This document shows positions 26,700 to 39,311 of a stretch of DNA of 61,784 bases, piece after piece (position 1 is the first letter of the stretch; each line of letters opens with the position of its first letter). Both the position numbers and the translations under genes were made by a program. The notes under the pieces are model-generated. The model did not search any database. It was not told the origin of the DNA and saw nothing but the letters and a program-made list of their open reading frames with translations. The stretch comes from Malacoraja senta (lineage: Eukaryota), in contig CM075991.1 of the NCBI GenBank assembly GCA_038087875.1, forward strand, positions 12,960,217-13,022,000. The letters are read 5' to 3'.

Positions 26700-27700
26700 G
26701 GTTTGACAGAGCTCAGTTTATAATGATTGTGCGTGGAATCACTGCTACAATATTTCTCTCAGTCCACCACTACTATCAAGCCAGATGGCCAATCATGGTT
26801 GAATAGATGTAGTGTGGTGATCTTCGCTTACACGCGTGCTAAAGTGCAACCGATAGAGCTAAGCTATCCCACAATCAACAAATTAGATTGGAGTTCTGAA
26901 GTCCAAGTACATCCAATCGTGAATGATGGACAACTAAACAATTCATGGAAAGAGGAGGTTTTAAAAACATTCCCATCCACCACAATACCAGATGTCCGCA
27001 CTGGAACGGCAAAAGACAAAGCTGGTGCATTCTCAACCTCTTCAGGTCAGCTTTCAACTGAGGTCATCACCAATTCAGCAACCAGACCTCAACTAAAAAT
27101 GACTGAGAACAAAGGCGATTGGACCTAATAACATTCTGGTTGAGATTTTCAAGACTTGAACTCCAGAACTTATTGCATCTCAAGACAAGCAGTTAAAGTG
27201 CATTTACATCACTAGCATCCATGTGGCAACATGGAAAGTTGCCAGGTATGTACTGCCCACCAAAACAAGGACTCAGCAAAATTACCTTGTGGTTAGTCTA
27301 TCCTGAATCATCATTAAAGTGATGGATGACGTTGCTATTCAGCTGCCTCATTGATCCATTGACTGGACTCTCAGCGGTCTTGCGTTTTGCCAGGACTACT
27401 TGGCTCCAGACCTTGTTCTGTCCTGGTTCATTCATTGGTCCAAAAAAGGGAAATTTAGAAGTGAGGAGCAAGTATTTGTTCCTGACATCGAAGCAGCATT
27501 TAATAGACCATGGCATAAAGTTATTCCAGTAAAACTGAAGCTAATAGATGCCAAAGAGAAAACACTTCAACGGTTGAAGCCAAACCGTGCACAAGGGAAG
27601 ATGGCGTGATTGTCTGAGGTTAATCCTCCAAGCTCCAGGTCATCACCAGGGCAGTGTTCCAAGCTCGTCCACCATTAGCTGCTTGATCAGTAAGCTGACC
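26700..27700 (+). mobile_element. old degenerate LINE (CR1/L2 group) RT remnant
   Basis: DIEAAFNRPWHKVIPVKL resembles the LINE RT motif D-x-x-x-AFD-x-V-W-H; many stops. Confidence 0.55.
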
Positions 27701-30700
27701 TGAACTGCTGAAGTCTCATAAATCTACGTGTTGCTGCTCTTGTAATCTGCTGTGGATCAGGGATCCAAGAAATAAAGTGTAGTTTGGGTGGGGGGTTTGG
27801 GTGATGGGGGGGAGAGAGAGATGTACGGGGGGGGGGGTGGTGGGGGGGGAGGAAGAGGGACAATATGAAGGAAGGGGGAAGAGAGAGAAAGAGGTAGAGA
27901 AGACAGAGGAAGGGTTGAGGACGTCAAGAGAGGGACAGAAAGAGTAAAGGGAGAATGGAAGTACGTTTCACAACATGAAAGCCCATGTATCTTAATAGGT
28001 CTGTGGAATACATAAAATATATTTAGTTTATAAGCCAAAAGCATTGATTTACAGATGTATACTCTATTCTACATTCATTAATGATTCAAATGTAATAATA
28101 CTAGAGTTATAATTTTACCTGATGGTTTTAGTTGCTTTCTGGAGGGCTGAGAAATGTCAAGTACTGGGGAATAATTTAGAAAGCACTGAATTGGATACAC
28201 GGTAAAACTCTCTATTTCCAACTTTTACCTTAGCTCCAATCTCGGGAAATTGTACCTGATTTCCAGAGAGACTCTCTCCAGTTCCGAACTAGTCATCCTA
28301 TACACTATTTCTAATTGTACCATATCAGTCACCGATTTTACACTGAAGCATGGTATCGAGCAGCACTAAATATACTGGTGTGACATGCAAGCTTCAATTA
28401 ATTGTATGGAAATGTTGGAAAATACGATATTAGGAATCACTCAGCCTCAGTCTACTTCAGCCATTTGTTACATAAAATCTCTTAAGTAACACATTACATT
28501 TTTATTTATGCTTTGGGATTTCTTGAAAATGATTGACTTATTATAAATCATTCTGATCTTTCTTAAAATTCACTTCCTCTGGAGAAATGTTGAGATATCA
28601 GACTATGTTCCTAGTTAGAAACTTGGGTGCAGGAAACTGCATCGGGAAATGACTTAGTTATGGGGCATGTGGATTTAGCCATTGCTACAATCATTACTGA
28701 AATGTCTTCTCCAGAGTACTGGCCCATATCATCCATCTCTCACCACCTGATTGTGGGTGGCACAGCAATGTTCATTGTGGGCTTTGCCAAACTCTCCCCA
28801 GCATGTCACTCAGACAGTAGCCTCTGCCACTCAATTGCACTGAGAAGCGGCAGAGCGTTGGATTATTGAGTGGTAGGGTTCACCACTGAATGGGGCTGAG
28901 AGATGAAACACCTACCAGCATCTCAAGGGAACTTCCTCACTGTCAAGAGGCAATCAGAAGGTTGGCCATTCATTGATTGTGGAGGAATTCTGCCTAACCT
29001 TCTGACCTGAAGCAAGGGAATACTACAGCTGTAGCTGGGGGCTGGCTCATGCTCACGTCTTATGCTGAAATTGAAATCAGGGAACAATGAATACCTTGGA
29101 ATGAGTTGCGTGGCTATAATCTGTTGACATCACAAACACAGGCATCAGATAACAACTGGTAGATTTTGGCATGCTGCTAATTTGTAATGTTTACTTTTTC
29201 AATTATTAATAGGGATTTGATTGTGATTTATATACCAGGTTTCATCCTCTCTTTTGCCAGGCAACAATAGGCGTTAACAATTGGTGGGATGAGGTCCCCG
29301 AAGCCCTTCTGGTGCCTCAGCCCACCAGGTCACTTTTAACACAGGAGCGCACAGAGGTTAATGGCAGACGATCCAATTATTCTGACAGCTGAACCCAATC
29401 TTATTCCCACATGAAATAACTCAGAGGTTGTAAGCAGCATCTTTTGCTCTTGTCTACTGAGATCTGGTAGCAGCACAGGGATGGAATGGGAGCTGAGGAT
29501 TTTATACCACGATGCCTAAATTACTCAATTATGTCACAAATACAAACTCTTTAAACTGTGTTTGTCCATGTGACAATACACGTTTTATTGAAATACATAC
29601 CCAGAAATTGTATATCTGGAGGATATAGATTTAACATGATTGGTCAAAAATCAGAGGCTGCATGGGAAAGACCATTTTAATGCAATGACAGGAGGATTTG
29701 GAAAGCACGAGCGATCTGACTGGGCGATGGAAATGTTTCAGTGTTGGCATTCATATAATAAATACTTGATGGATAAAGAAAAACTGGAAAAATAGGAAGC
29801 AAAACTGGTTGGTGGTGCTAACCAGGTTTTTAAAAAAAAATTATCCTGCATAAATGTAACTCTGTACACAGTGTGAAGTTACTATTGTCATTGATCTCTG
29901 AGTGACAGACATGGGTTCGTCAGAACACAGAAAACTGAACGCAAAAATCAGGCTGACAATATCGTGCAGAACTGAACAACTGCCGTGTTGTTGGGGGATT
30001 CATCAGATGTTATTGGAGGCCTCTTGCATTCTAATTTTAAAAGTTATTTGGACAGATAAATGTTTAGGAAGTGGCCTGGGTTAGACTAGCCCAATACTAA
30101 CCCTAACCCAACTTTGGTCAATCTGTTACTGTGCTGTATGGTGCCATGACTCTAGGGTGGATGTAAATGATCATTTTGCACTCATTTGGAAAGTAATTAT
30201 CCTGGTATATATATATATATATATATTCCCTCAAATAATATAATCAAAATGTATTGTCTAACCATTATCAAAATGCGTGTGTGGAACCTTGCTGTTTATA
30301 AATTGTCTCCTGTGTTTCTGACATTATCAGACTTTGAAAGTACTTCATTAGCTTTAAATTTTTTGGGGTTTTTAGGAGGTGAAGGTGCAAGTTCACTATT
30401 TTAAGTAATGATGAGATTCAGATTGACAACTTGTACAGCAGTTATTCAATCTAAAAACACTTGTGATTGTAGCTTTCGTAAATAAACTTGGAATATCAGA
30501 TCACCCAGAGCTGATCATTGCAGCATTAGACAGGGCTGCTTTCTTGGTTGGAGTCTGTTGATGAGTGTTATTTGTCTTTATTCCTGCAGTCCTCGACTCA
30601 CTTACTGTTTGTCTTCAAGAGCATGTTGTAAACTCACTACATTTTGGAATGTTCAGACTTGCTACTTAACCCTCTTTGTGGCAAATTGGAGCAAACATCC

Positions 30701-30911
30701 GTTCTCATGACATTCCCTCTCACTTCCCGATAGATTCCTGAGATAAGGGGATTGCCGGGCATAGAGAGATGAACCTAACTGGGCGTATACGTTCTAGACT
30801 TTACAAGAATGAGCGGAGCTCTCATTAAAATATATATATATATAATACCTACAGAGCCTGAGAGAATGATACAGGTCATTTGTTTCCCCTAACTAGATAC
30901 CCGTACATAGA

Positions 30912-31085
30912 GGGCGGCACAGTGGCACAGCTGGTAGAGCCACTGCCTCAGCACCAGAGACCCGGGTTCGATCCAAACCACCGGTTCCTATCTGTGTGGA
31001 GTTGCACGTTCTCCCCGTGACCACGTGGGTTTCCTCTGGGTGCTCCGGTTTCCTCCCACACTCAGAGACGTGTGGGCTTGTAGCT
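30912..31085 (+). mobile_element. V-SINE 5' portion
   Basis: ggcggcacagtggcacagctggtagagc...gacccgggttcgatcc...gtgggtttcctctgggtgctccggtttcctcccac. Confidence 0.85.
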
Positions 31086-31119
31086 TCATTGGACTCCATA
31101 TGCTATTTCTCAGCCTATT

Positions 31120-31580
31120 TCTATTGCAGATCTATGTTCTATTGTATATTTTGACAGCCTTCCTCGCAGTCCGCCAATCTTAGTGTCATCTGTAAACTTA
31201 CTAACCAGCCCATCTACGTTTATGTCCAAGTCATTTATGTACTGTACATCAGAAACAGCAGAGGTCCCAGCACAGATCCCACTGGTCACAGGCCTCCCCA
31301 GTCCTTTCACTACAACCCTCTGTCTTCGATCAGTAAGCCAGTTCTGAATCCATACGATCAAGACATCGTTCATCCTGTGCATTTTAATCTTCAGGATCAC
31401 CCTACCATGGGACTAAAATCCATGTAGACAACATCTACTGCCCTACCCTCATCAATCACCTTTGTCATCTCCTCAACAAACTCGATCAAATTAGTAAGAC
31501 ACAAGCTGCCACATACAAACCATGCTGGATGTCGCTAATTAACCCAACTCCTACAACTGGAGTTAATCCTATCGCGAAGA
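31120..31580 (-). mobile_element. CR1-like LINE RT fragment
   Basis: minus-strand WIQNWLTDRRQRVVV, YINDLDINVDGLVSKFTDDTKIGG. Confidence 0.85.
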
Positions 31581-33428
31581 ATCTGCTAGCACTAGTAGTC
31601 ACAGCATCAAACTAATGGCGTGGCCAAACAGGCCTGAAATATGATTTTTTTTTCATCCAAAGAAATATTTGTATTTATCTACTCGAGGATTGTGGTGGCT
31701 CTGTGTACTGTGGACAGAGATCAATGAATTTTTAGATCTATCCGGAATCAAGGGTTAGTGCGGGTAAGTAGTGACAAAGTAAAAGTTCAAGCACGATCTG
31801 GTCGAATGATGCTGTCATGCAAGGGTCATCTACTTCACAACCTACACTCACTGTTAACAGACACAAAGTGCTGGAGGAACTCAGCGGGTCAGGCAGCAAC
31901 TCTGGATAGAAGGAACAGGTGACATTTCGGGTCGGAACCCTTCTGTTTCTTTGCTATCTTTGCCTTTAAATTAACTGGCTTTGCTTTCTTAAAGGTTTCT
32001 CATGGTGTAGGGAAATTAAATAAAACACAGTGGGATTTCAAGGAGAAAATTATGCTCCATTTGTGAATCACCTGGTGAATCAGCTGGTGAATCAGCTGCC
32101 TGCTTTAGTGCTCATACAATCGGTTGGAAGATCTTTATTTCCATCTCAAGAAGCTGCTGAGGTAGTTGATTACAGTCAAGGCTGAGTTGAAGCATCGTAA
32201 TGACCCTGCTGAGTCAGAGATGGGGAGGAAGTCAGCTAGGCCTCCTGTCCCTGATTGCTGTTTCACTATGAGAAGGCAGGCACAGCGATGGAAGTTGGTG
32301 CCGACTTGTTATGGACCAAGAATAAACCAACTCCTTGTCCATGTTCACAAGGGAATAACTTGACTCGGGCACAGTCCTGCACAACTTCCATCACAGTGGG
32401 AATGTCATGCAGCATGAAGCTTGCACTTTAAGGAGAAGGGGGTAATTGGAGGAATGGGGAACAGGAACTTGTAGATCCATATTGATAAACTAATAAAAAG
32501 TGGTACAGATGACGTATGGTCATGCATTGTGCCGTGCCCAGTGTCGTTTGCCAGCTTCCCGCATATTGTTATTGTTTCTGTTAGTTTGTTTACCTCTCGA
32601 ATAAAATCTCAAAAGGTCTGTGTCACAACAGGCATATGGTTTACTATGCGAGCTGGAATTCATTTTACAAAAACATGTTTTTTATCAATTTATCTTTCTT
32701 TGTTGAGTTGACAATATGGTTAAAACCATGTTGCTGAAGCTGACTGGTGCCGGAGAGCTTCTGTGCAATAGTGACCTTTGGTACATTGGCGGTGGTAGTG
32801 CCACTGAATGGTGAGATAGGTGGTTGGAATCTCTCTTGTTGGATGTGGCCACAATATTACTTGATGCTTGACTGTGGTCTACTCATTGAAGCAAAAAACT
32901 ACAACTGCTGGAAATCTGAAACAAAACAAAATGCCAGGAATACATAATAGATCAGACAGCATCAATGAAGGGAGAAACAGGGTCCACATTTCAGGTCAGT
33001 GAACCTTGACCTGAACTCAAAGTAAGAAACAAGTGAGTTATAAGTTGCAAAGAGTGAGCTGTGAGAGGAGGGCATGTCTATAGTTGGATGGACACCAAAG
33101 TTATCTGGGTAACCACGATTCTACAGCAGAACTGGCCAGTTCACACACAGACTGGAAAGGTTGGTCACCTTCAATTAGTCCTGAGGAATGCAACATGTTT
33201 GGATGTAATGCAGATTCGCAGAGCATCGCCATTCAATTCACACAGGTCACTTTAACCATCCAGTCACCGCACTTTTACACTCTGTCCCACTCTGTTTGGC
33301 CTGATACACTATTCCAACAAAGCCCCACAAAGCTTGACAAACTGCACCTCATTTTCCGTGCTCGGGAATCACTATCGACAGCCTTTCATCCACCTTTCAA
33401 TGTGTCCTCATGATACTAGATCTGCTAA

Positions 33429-33639
33429 AGGGCCTGTCCCACTTTCACGACCTAATTCACGATCTCTGCCGAGTTTGCCCTTGACTCATACTCGCAACAT
33501 GGTTGTCACGAGGTCGTAGGAGGTCGTAGGTAGGTCGTAGCAGGCCGTGATGCTAGTCGTAGGTACTTGTGGCATCAAGTAGGTCGGGGCGTTTTTCTAG
33601 CATGATGAAAATTGTCCACGAGTAAAAAAGTGGGACAGG
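33429..33639. mobile_element. MITE / non-autonomous DNA transposon (possibly PIF-Harbinger type), right end truncated
   Basis: 13-bp inverted repeat cctgtcccacttt (33433-33445) / aaagtgggacagg (33627-33639), preceded by taa; internal ggtcgtag repeats. Confidence 0.65.
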
Positions 33640-36600
33640 AAGTGTTGCTGGGATTTTGTGTTTATTTTAGTGCCAAATGTTGTTTGCTTTACTTTCTGAG
33701 AAGCTGCAAATGGTTTTAAAGATTGTGCAAACATCAGTGAACATCCTCATCTCTGACTGTATGATGCCAGATGACCATTGATGAAGCATTTGCAGTTGTT
33801 TGGGTCTTGAATGCTACCCTGAAGAACCCTGCTGGGTCCTGGGGTTGGGATGATTGGCCTTCATCACCACAACCATCTTCCTTTGTGTGAGGTTTGCCTC
33901 AAAACATTGGAGTACTTTCCACTTGATGTCTATTGACATTGTGAATGCCTTGTGAATTCAGCTCTTTGGCCTACGGTTCGACCAAGGCAGTGGTGAGGAC
34001 TAGTGAGATACCAACTGGGCATCAAAGATGCTGCTCAATAGCAATATTGATGACAACTTATATAATTTGATGATTGAGAGTAGACTTTAGACTTTAGGGA
34101 TACAGTGTGGAAACAAGCCCTTCGGCCCATCGAGTCCGCGCTGATCACCCAATAAACTAGCACTATCCGACACACTAGAGACAATTTAATATGTACAATG
34201 CCAATTTACCTAGAAACTTGGACATATTCGGAGTGTGGGAGGAAACCGGAGCACCCGGAGAAAACCCACACAGTCATGTTACTGTTGTAACTGTACTGGG
34301 ACAGGTTGGCTAGAGGCATCAACTTGTCTATTCCCATGGAATGAATCAAAGTGGTCAAAGAATGACTTCTGTGATGGCAGGGATCACAGGAGGAAGCTGG
34401 AACCCCGGCCTTTGGCAGTCCCATTCTGGGCCTCGCCATCATCGAGGATTGAGTCACAGTCTGGCTCGACCTGTTAGCTGTTTAATTGCTCACCGCCATC
34501 AATTACATACGGCACGACTGCAGGAGCTTTGATCTGAACCATTGGTTGTGAGAGCATTTCAATTTTAGGGATAAAAATAAAAATATTTTCTGAAATGAAT
34601 GAGAAAATGCTCGAAATTCAAAGCAGGTCAGGCTGTAGCCAAGGGAAGAAAAACAGAGTTAACATTTCAGGAAAAAGAATACTTAACAGAGAGTATTAAC
34701 AGAAAACAGAATATGCTTAAAAATGCTTAAAGTTAAGTGTTTTAAGCATTGTGTGTTTTGTTTCATGTTTAGATGGAGGTAGTGAACATCAGTGTTGTTG
34801 CATGTCACGGATGCCTAGTTTAATGTCGCAGATCTGTTTCAAGTCCATCCAATTTAGAACAATTGTAAGGCCATAAACACAATTGAGGATTTCCTCCGTG
34901 AGAAGACAGTGACATTGTCTCTCACAAGGTCCACATTGTGGCCATTACTACCGACCGGTGCTATTGTGGATAAATCGATCTGCCACACGTTGGTTGGGCA
35001 GGCCAAAAATCAAGTACAACTTATCCTTCACATAATTCAAAATAAATATTCAAAATAGTTCATTATTTATCACAGACCCACAATATGCAGCTATGTGCAT
35101 GAGTATTCTACCAACGTTAGTTATAGGGCTACCAAGGCACTCTTGGTGAGAGACACTTAAACTCTCCACCCATAACACCCTTGCAACAGGCAGGTGTACT
35201 GGTATATCCTGTATATACCAGTACCAAGAAGGATCTTGGATTACAGACAGGAAGAGGCAGGCGTCCTCATATCTGCAAGACTGTACTGGCTTTACCTTGC
35301 ACTAAACGTGTATCTGTACACTGTAAATGGCTCGATTATAGTCATGTATTTTCTTTGGACACAATGCTGAGGACTCCCAAGGCTACAGATACTAAAGGTG
35401 TTAGAAATTTGACTGACAACAGGAAAGTCAAATACAAGTTTCACAAAATGCCTAAGAGTGATTGAGGTGGACACCATGGTGGATAAATAGATGCAACTCC
35501 TTTTTGAACTATGAGCTTACTAAGGACCACCAAAGCAAACAGCATTTAACTTGCATGGTAAAGGGAAGCCAGCTCCATCCATCCAAGTGAGACAGCCCCC
35601 AGGTGGAAATAGTTTCATCAGCAGCGATGAGAGTGCCAGAAGCAACCCCACCCATGAAACAAGCAAGAAAGCACCTGGAAACACTTCCTGGTCCAGGCAC
35701 CTGTCAAAAGGTGATAAACTCTCGAAGACCCAAAAAACTGATACCTGACGATGTAAAAACAAAATATGTCTGAATGTCTCAAAAACCATGAAAATGATTT
35801 GAAACTATTAAAACAATTTAGACACTATTAAGTCAAACGACAGTACTGAAAATATGTATCCATCATAATAAATAAGGAGATAGACACAAAATGCTGGAGT
35901 TACTCACTGGGACAGGCAGCATCTCTGGAGAGAAGGAATGGGTGACATTTTGGGTCGAGTTCCTAAGTCACACATTCCTTCTCCCCAGGGATGTTGCCTG
36001 ACCCGCTAAGTTACTCCAGTATTTTGTGTCTTTGGTGTAAATCAGCATCTGCAGTTCTCTCTGACACAATAAATAAAGCTTCTCCCTGTGTTAGTTGCAA
36101 TCTTGTGCTTGGCTGTTTGAGTGGACCCACTTGCCAACCCACTTGCCAGATCTGTTCCATGAGAGATCTAACAGTTGAGTGTAGCCATCCTTACTTTGAT
36201 CTGACTTTCCTGGCTTTACCTTGCACTAAACGTGTATCTGTACACTGTAAATGGCTCGATTATAGTCATGTATTTTCTTTCTGCTGACTGGTTAGCACAT
36301 AACAAAAGTTTTTCGCTGTACCTCAGTACACGTGACAATAAACTAAACTGCACTGAAACTGAAATCCTGGCCAGTATCAAGTACTTGAGAGGAAACACAT
36401 TCCACAATTCATTCCACTTTCATAACAGAGAAATACATTCAACAATAAGAAAACTACAAAGGGAGAAAATAATTGAAAAATAAATAGATGTGTCATAGAC
36501 AATAGTTAGGGCTGATGCCAAGAGGTGGAAATGGAACAAGAAGTTGCTTTTAATGTAGAAAAACTTGCTTCAAACCAGCATCACTAAAAATAAAGTTACA

Positions 36601-36669
36601 CTGCCCTTTTGACAAATCTAGAGAAATACAAATAAGTTAGGTTTTAATGGACTCTGCTCTTGTTTTTAG

Positions 36670-36835
36670 GACACGGTGGAATCAATCAACTCGGAGGCAT
36701 GTTTGTGAATGGGAGACCGCTTCCCGATGTGGTGAGGCAGAGGATCGTCGACCTTGCACACCAAGGGGTGCGGCCTTGTGACATCTCGCGCCAGCTCAGG
36801 GTCAGTCACGGGTGTGTCAGCAAAATCCTTGGCAG
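36670..36835 (+). CDS. pax8: pax8 exon, paired domain N-terminal (PAI) subdomain
   Basis: tttttag|GACAC...GGCAG|gtagg, 166 nt; translates (G)[54 protein letters not shown](R); IVDLAHQ is Pax8-type. Confidence 0.97.
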
Positions 36836-36899
36836 GTAGGAGACAATGCTCAGAGCAAACCCTGGCCTTTGGTGAAATGACAAACACACAGACTAATAC

Positions 36900-37075
36900 C
36901 GTTGCCAGAAATCTGAAATGACAACAGACAATTCTGGAAATACTCAGCAGATCAGGTAGCAGCTGTGGAGAGAGCAAGAGAGTTAATGTTCCAAGTAGGT
37001 CCATCTGATGAAATATTAACTGATTTTCCTTCTCCAGATGTTGCCTGACCTGCTGAACTGCTTTTCCTGCAGCAG
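36900..37075. mobile_element. older palindromic Penelope-type element just downstream of the first paired-box exon (related copies about 570-720 and 12265-12460)
   Basis: ctggaaatactcagcagatcaggtagcagctgtggagag ... ttctccagatgttgcctgacctgctgaac inverted arms. Confidence 0.65.
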
Positions 37076-38146
37076 CGGTTTCTGAAAGCAAGCATTCACG
37101 AGTAGCAAGTAGTTGGGAAAGCAGACACTATATGTCCATCAGTGTAAAGGGATTTATGTACAGGAACAGGGGTGGCTTGCTGCAGCTGTACAAGGCCTTG
37201 GTGGGAGCTTCATGCCTTGGTGGGAGTCCTGGGATGGCAGGACTGATGTATGTGGGGAGATTGGATTGGGTGGACCTACACTCATGGAGTGTAGAAGAAT
37301 GAGAGAGAATATGACAGAAACACATGAAAGGCAAATTAGATACAGGCAGGATGTTCACAATGACTGTAGAGTCCAGAACCAGGGATTACAGTCTCATCGA
37401 TAGACACAAAAAGCTAGAGTAATTCAGCGTGACAGGCAGCATCTCTGGAGAGAAGGAATCGGTGATGTTTCGGGTCGAAACCCTTCTTCAGACTGAGAGT
37501 CAGGGGAGAAGGAAACACAGAGATATGAAGGGGTAAGGTCTGACAAGGAGAGGTCAATGTTTCAGGCCCAGACAAGGTCCCCTTCAGTTACCCCATACAA
37601 GCTGAATTAATCAGCTTTCTAGTTAGATTCACTTGCCTTGTTTTGCTGACAGCAAGGGAAGGAAAGAACGGAGTTGAACCATTGCTGAGAGAGTATCACA
37701 GCATGTAAATGGCGGCCTACTGAAACAGGATGCAGGCCAGACGTGAAGGGGGGACAAGATACCAATGACCCCTGCTATCAGTATTGTTTTATGATAAGAG
37801 GAAAGATTTGTGAACCTTTTTGTTTCTGATAATTACAGGCATGTCAATGTTTCTGCAGGTGTGAAGTATAACTGAGAAATGGCAACTCTTTCTTGAACAA
37901 AGGAAATCTATCAACACTAGTTTGCTGCTTCTAGATCCATGCACAAGCTAACATTTTAACATAGAAACATAGAAAATAGGTGCAGGAGTAGGCCATTCGG
38001 CCCCTCGAGCCAGTGAATTGGCTTCCACTGCCTTCTGTGGCAGAGAATTCCACATACTCACAACTCTCTGGGTGAAAACCTCAGACTCAAAACTCTCTGG
38101 GTGATTTCACAACTCTCTCTCCTTTGTCTTCTGGAACCTGTCACAG

Positions 38147-38344
38147 GTACTATGAAACGGGCAGCATTATGCCAGGAGTCATCGGGGGCTCAAAGCCAAA
38201 GGTTGCCACGCCAACAGTGGTGGAGAAGATAGCCGAGTACAAACGGCAGAACCCGACAATGTTTGCGTGGGAGATCCGGGACAGGCTGCTGGCAGAGGGA
38301 GTGTGTAATAATGATACCGTGCCCAGCGTCAGCTCCATTAACAG
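38147..38344 (+). CDS. pax8: pax8 exon, paired domain linker and C-terminal (RED) subdomain
   Basis: cacag|GTACT...ACAG|gtacgt, 198 nt; [65 protein letters not shown](R). Confidence 0.97.
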
Positions 38345-39225
38345 GTACGTGTTGCAAGCTGTTACACCAGTGCATGTCTCTGTTTCCCAATAAAGGTTAC
38401 GCTTTGACAGCTGAAGGACATCAGAACTATGGAACGTAATATTTTCCGTTCAAGGAATTTTGAGTTAATATCAATCAATCATTCAAGGCAGCAGAGTAAA
38501 ACTCTACACTACACTGCAATCCCAAATCAAATACTGTCAATGATGGATACAAAATGAAGTCCTCAATGCATTAAAACATTCTAAATGTTCTGGCTTATTA
38601 TTCATCCTGTTAAAAACTGAATTGGACTTAGTTGTTTTACTGACATTTACCACCAGACATGGTGCCCATGGACTATACACCAGCAAGAATTCGTCAGTAC
38701 TGGGAAGAAGTGAACTGGAAAATGATGGTCCCAGAAAGATTTATTCTGACAAATGTAATTGAAAATAAAATCATTCACCTTCAAAATGGAAACATTTTGA
38801 CTGGTTTCCAATAGGATTAAAAGTGTGATTTTGGCCTGGCGAATGTTAGTGCAGTCTGTAGACCATGTGGAGGTAAATATTTCAACTCGACATAACAAGA
38901 GTCCTTTTTGCTGCCAGTGATGATGAATGGGGCGATACATGAACATTTATCCCGTTGGCTTCAGAACAAAATTAACCAGCAATAGAGTAAGGAAAAGCAG
39001 CTTAATAAGGAGAAGAGTGTTTAAGAAACAGTTAGATAGGTACATGGATCGGATAGGTTTGGAGAGATATGGACCAAACGAGGGCAGGTGGGACTAGTGT
39101 AGCTGGGACATGTGGGCTGGTGTGGGCAAGTTGGGCCGAAGGGCCTGTTTCCACACAGTATCACTCTATCACTCTATGATAAGGAGTGATGAGAGAACTA
39201 TTAAACCTTTCCACTTTGTCGTCAG

Positions 39226-39311
39226 AATTATAAGAACGAAAGTTCAACAACCATTTCATCTACCTCTTGAAGACCATTCTGGGACGAGACTGAGTCCAGG
39301 GCACACTTTGG
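39226..39311 (+). CDS. pax8: pax8 exon, end of paired domain and linker
   Basis: gtcag|AATT...TTGG|gtgagt, 86 nt; IIRTKVQQPFHLPLEDHSGTRLSPGHTL; the LSPGHTL motif matches Pax8. Confidence 0.95.

Noticed and set aside
29261-29328. Acceptor plus MRSPKPFWCLSPP phase-1 mini-exon
   Set aside because: Weak donor (CAG|GTCACT), outside the CpG domain, no similarity to Pax N-termini.
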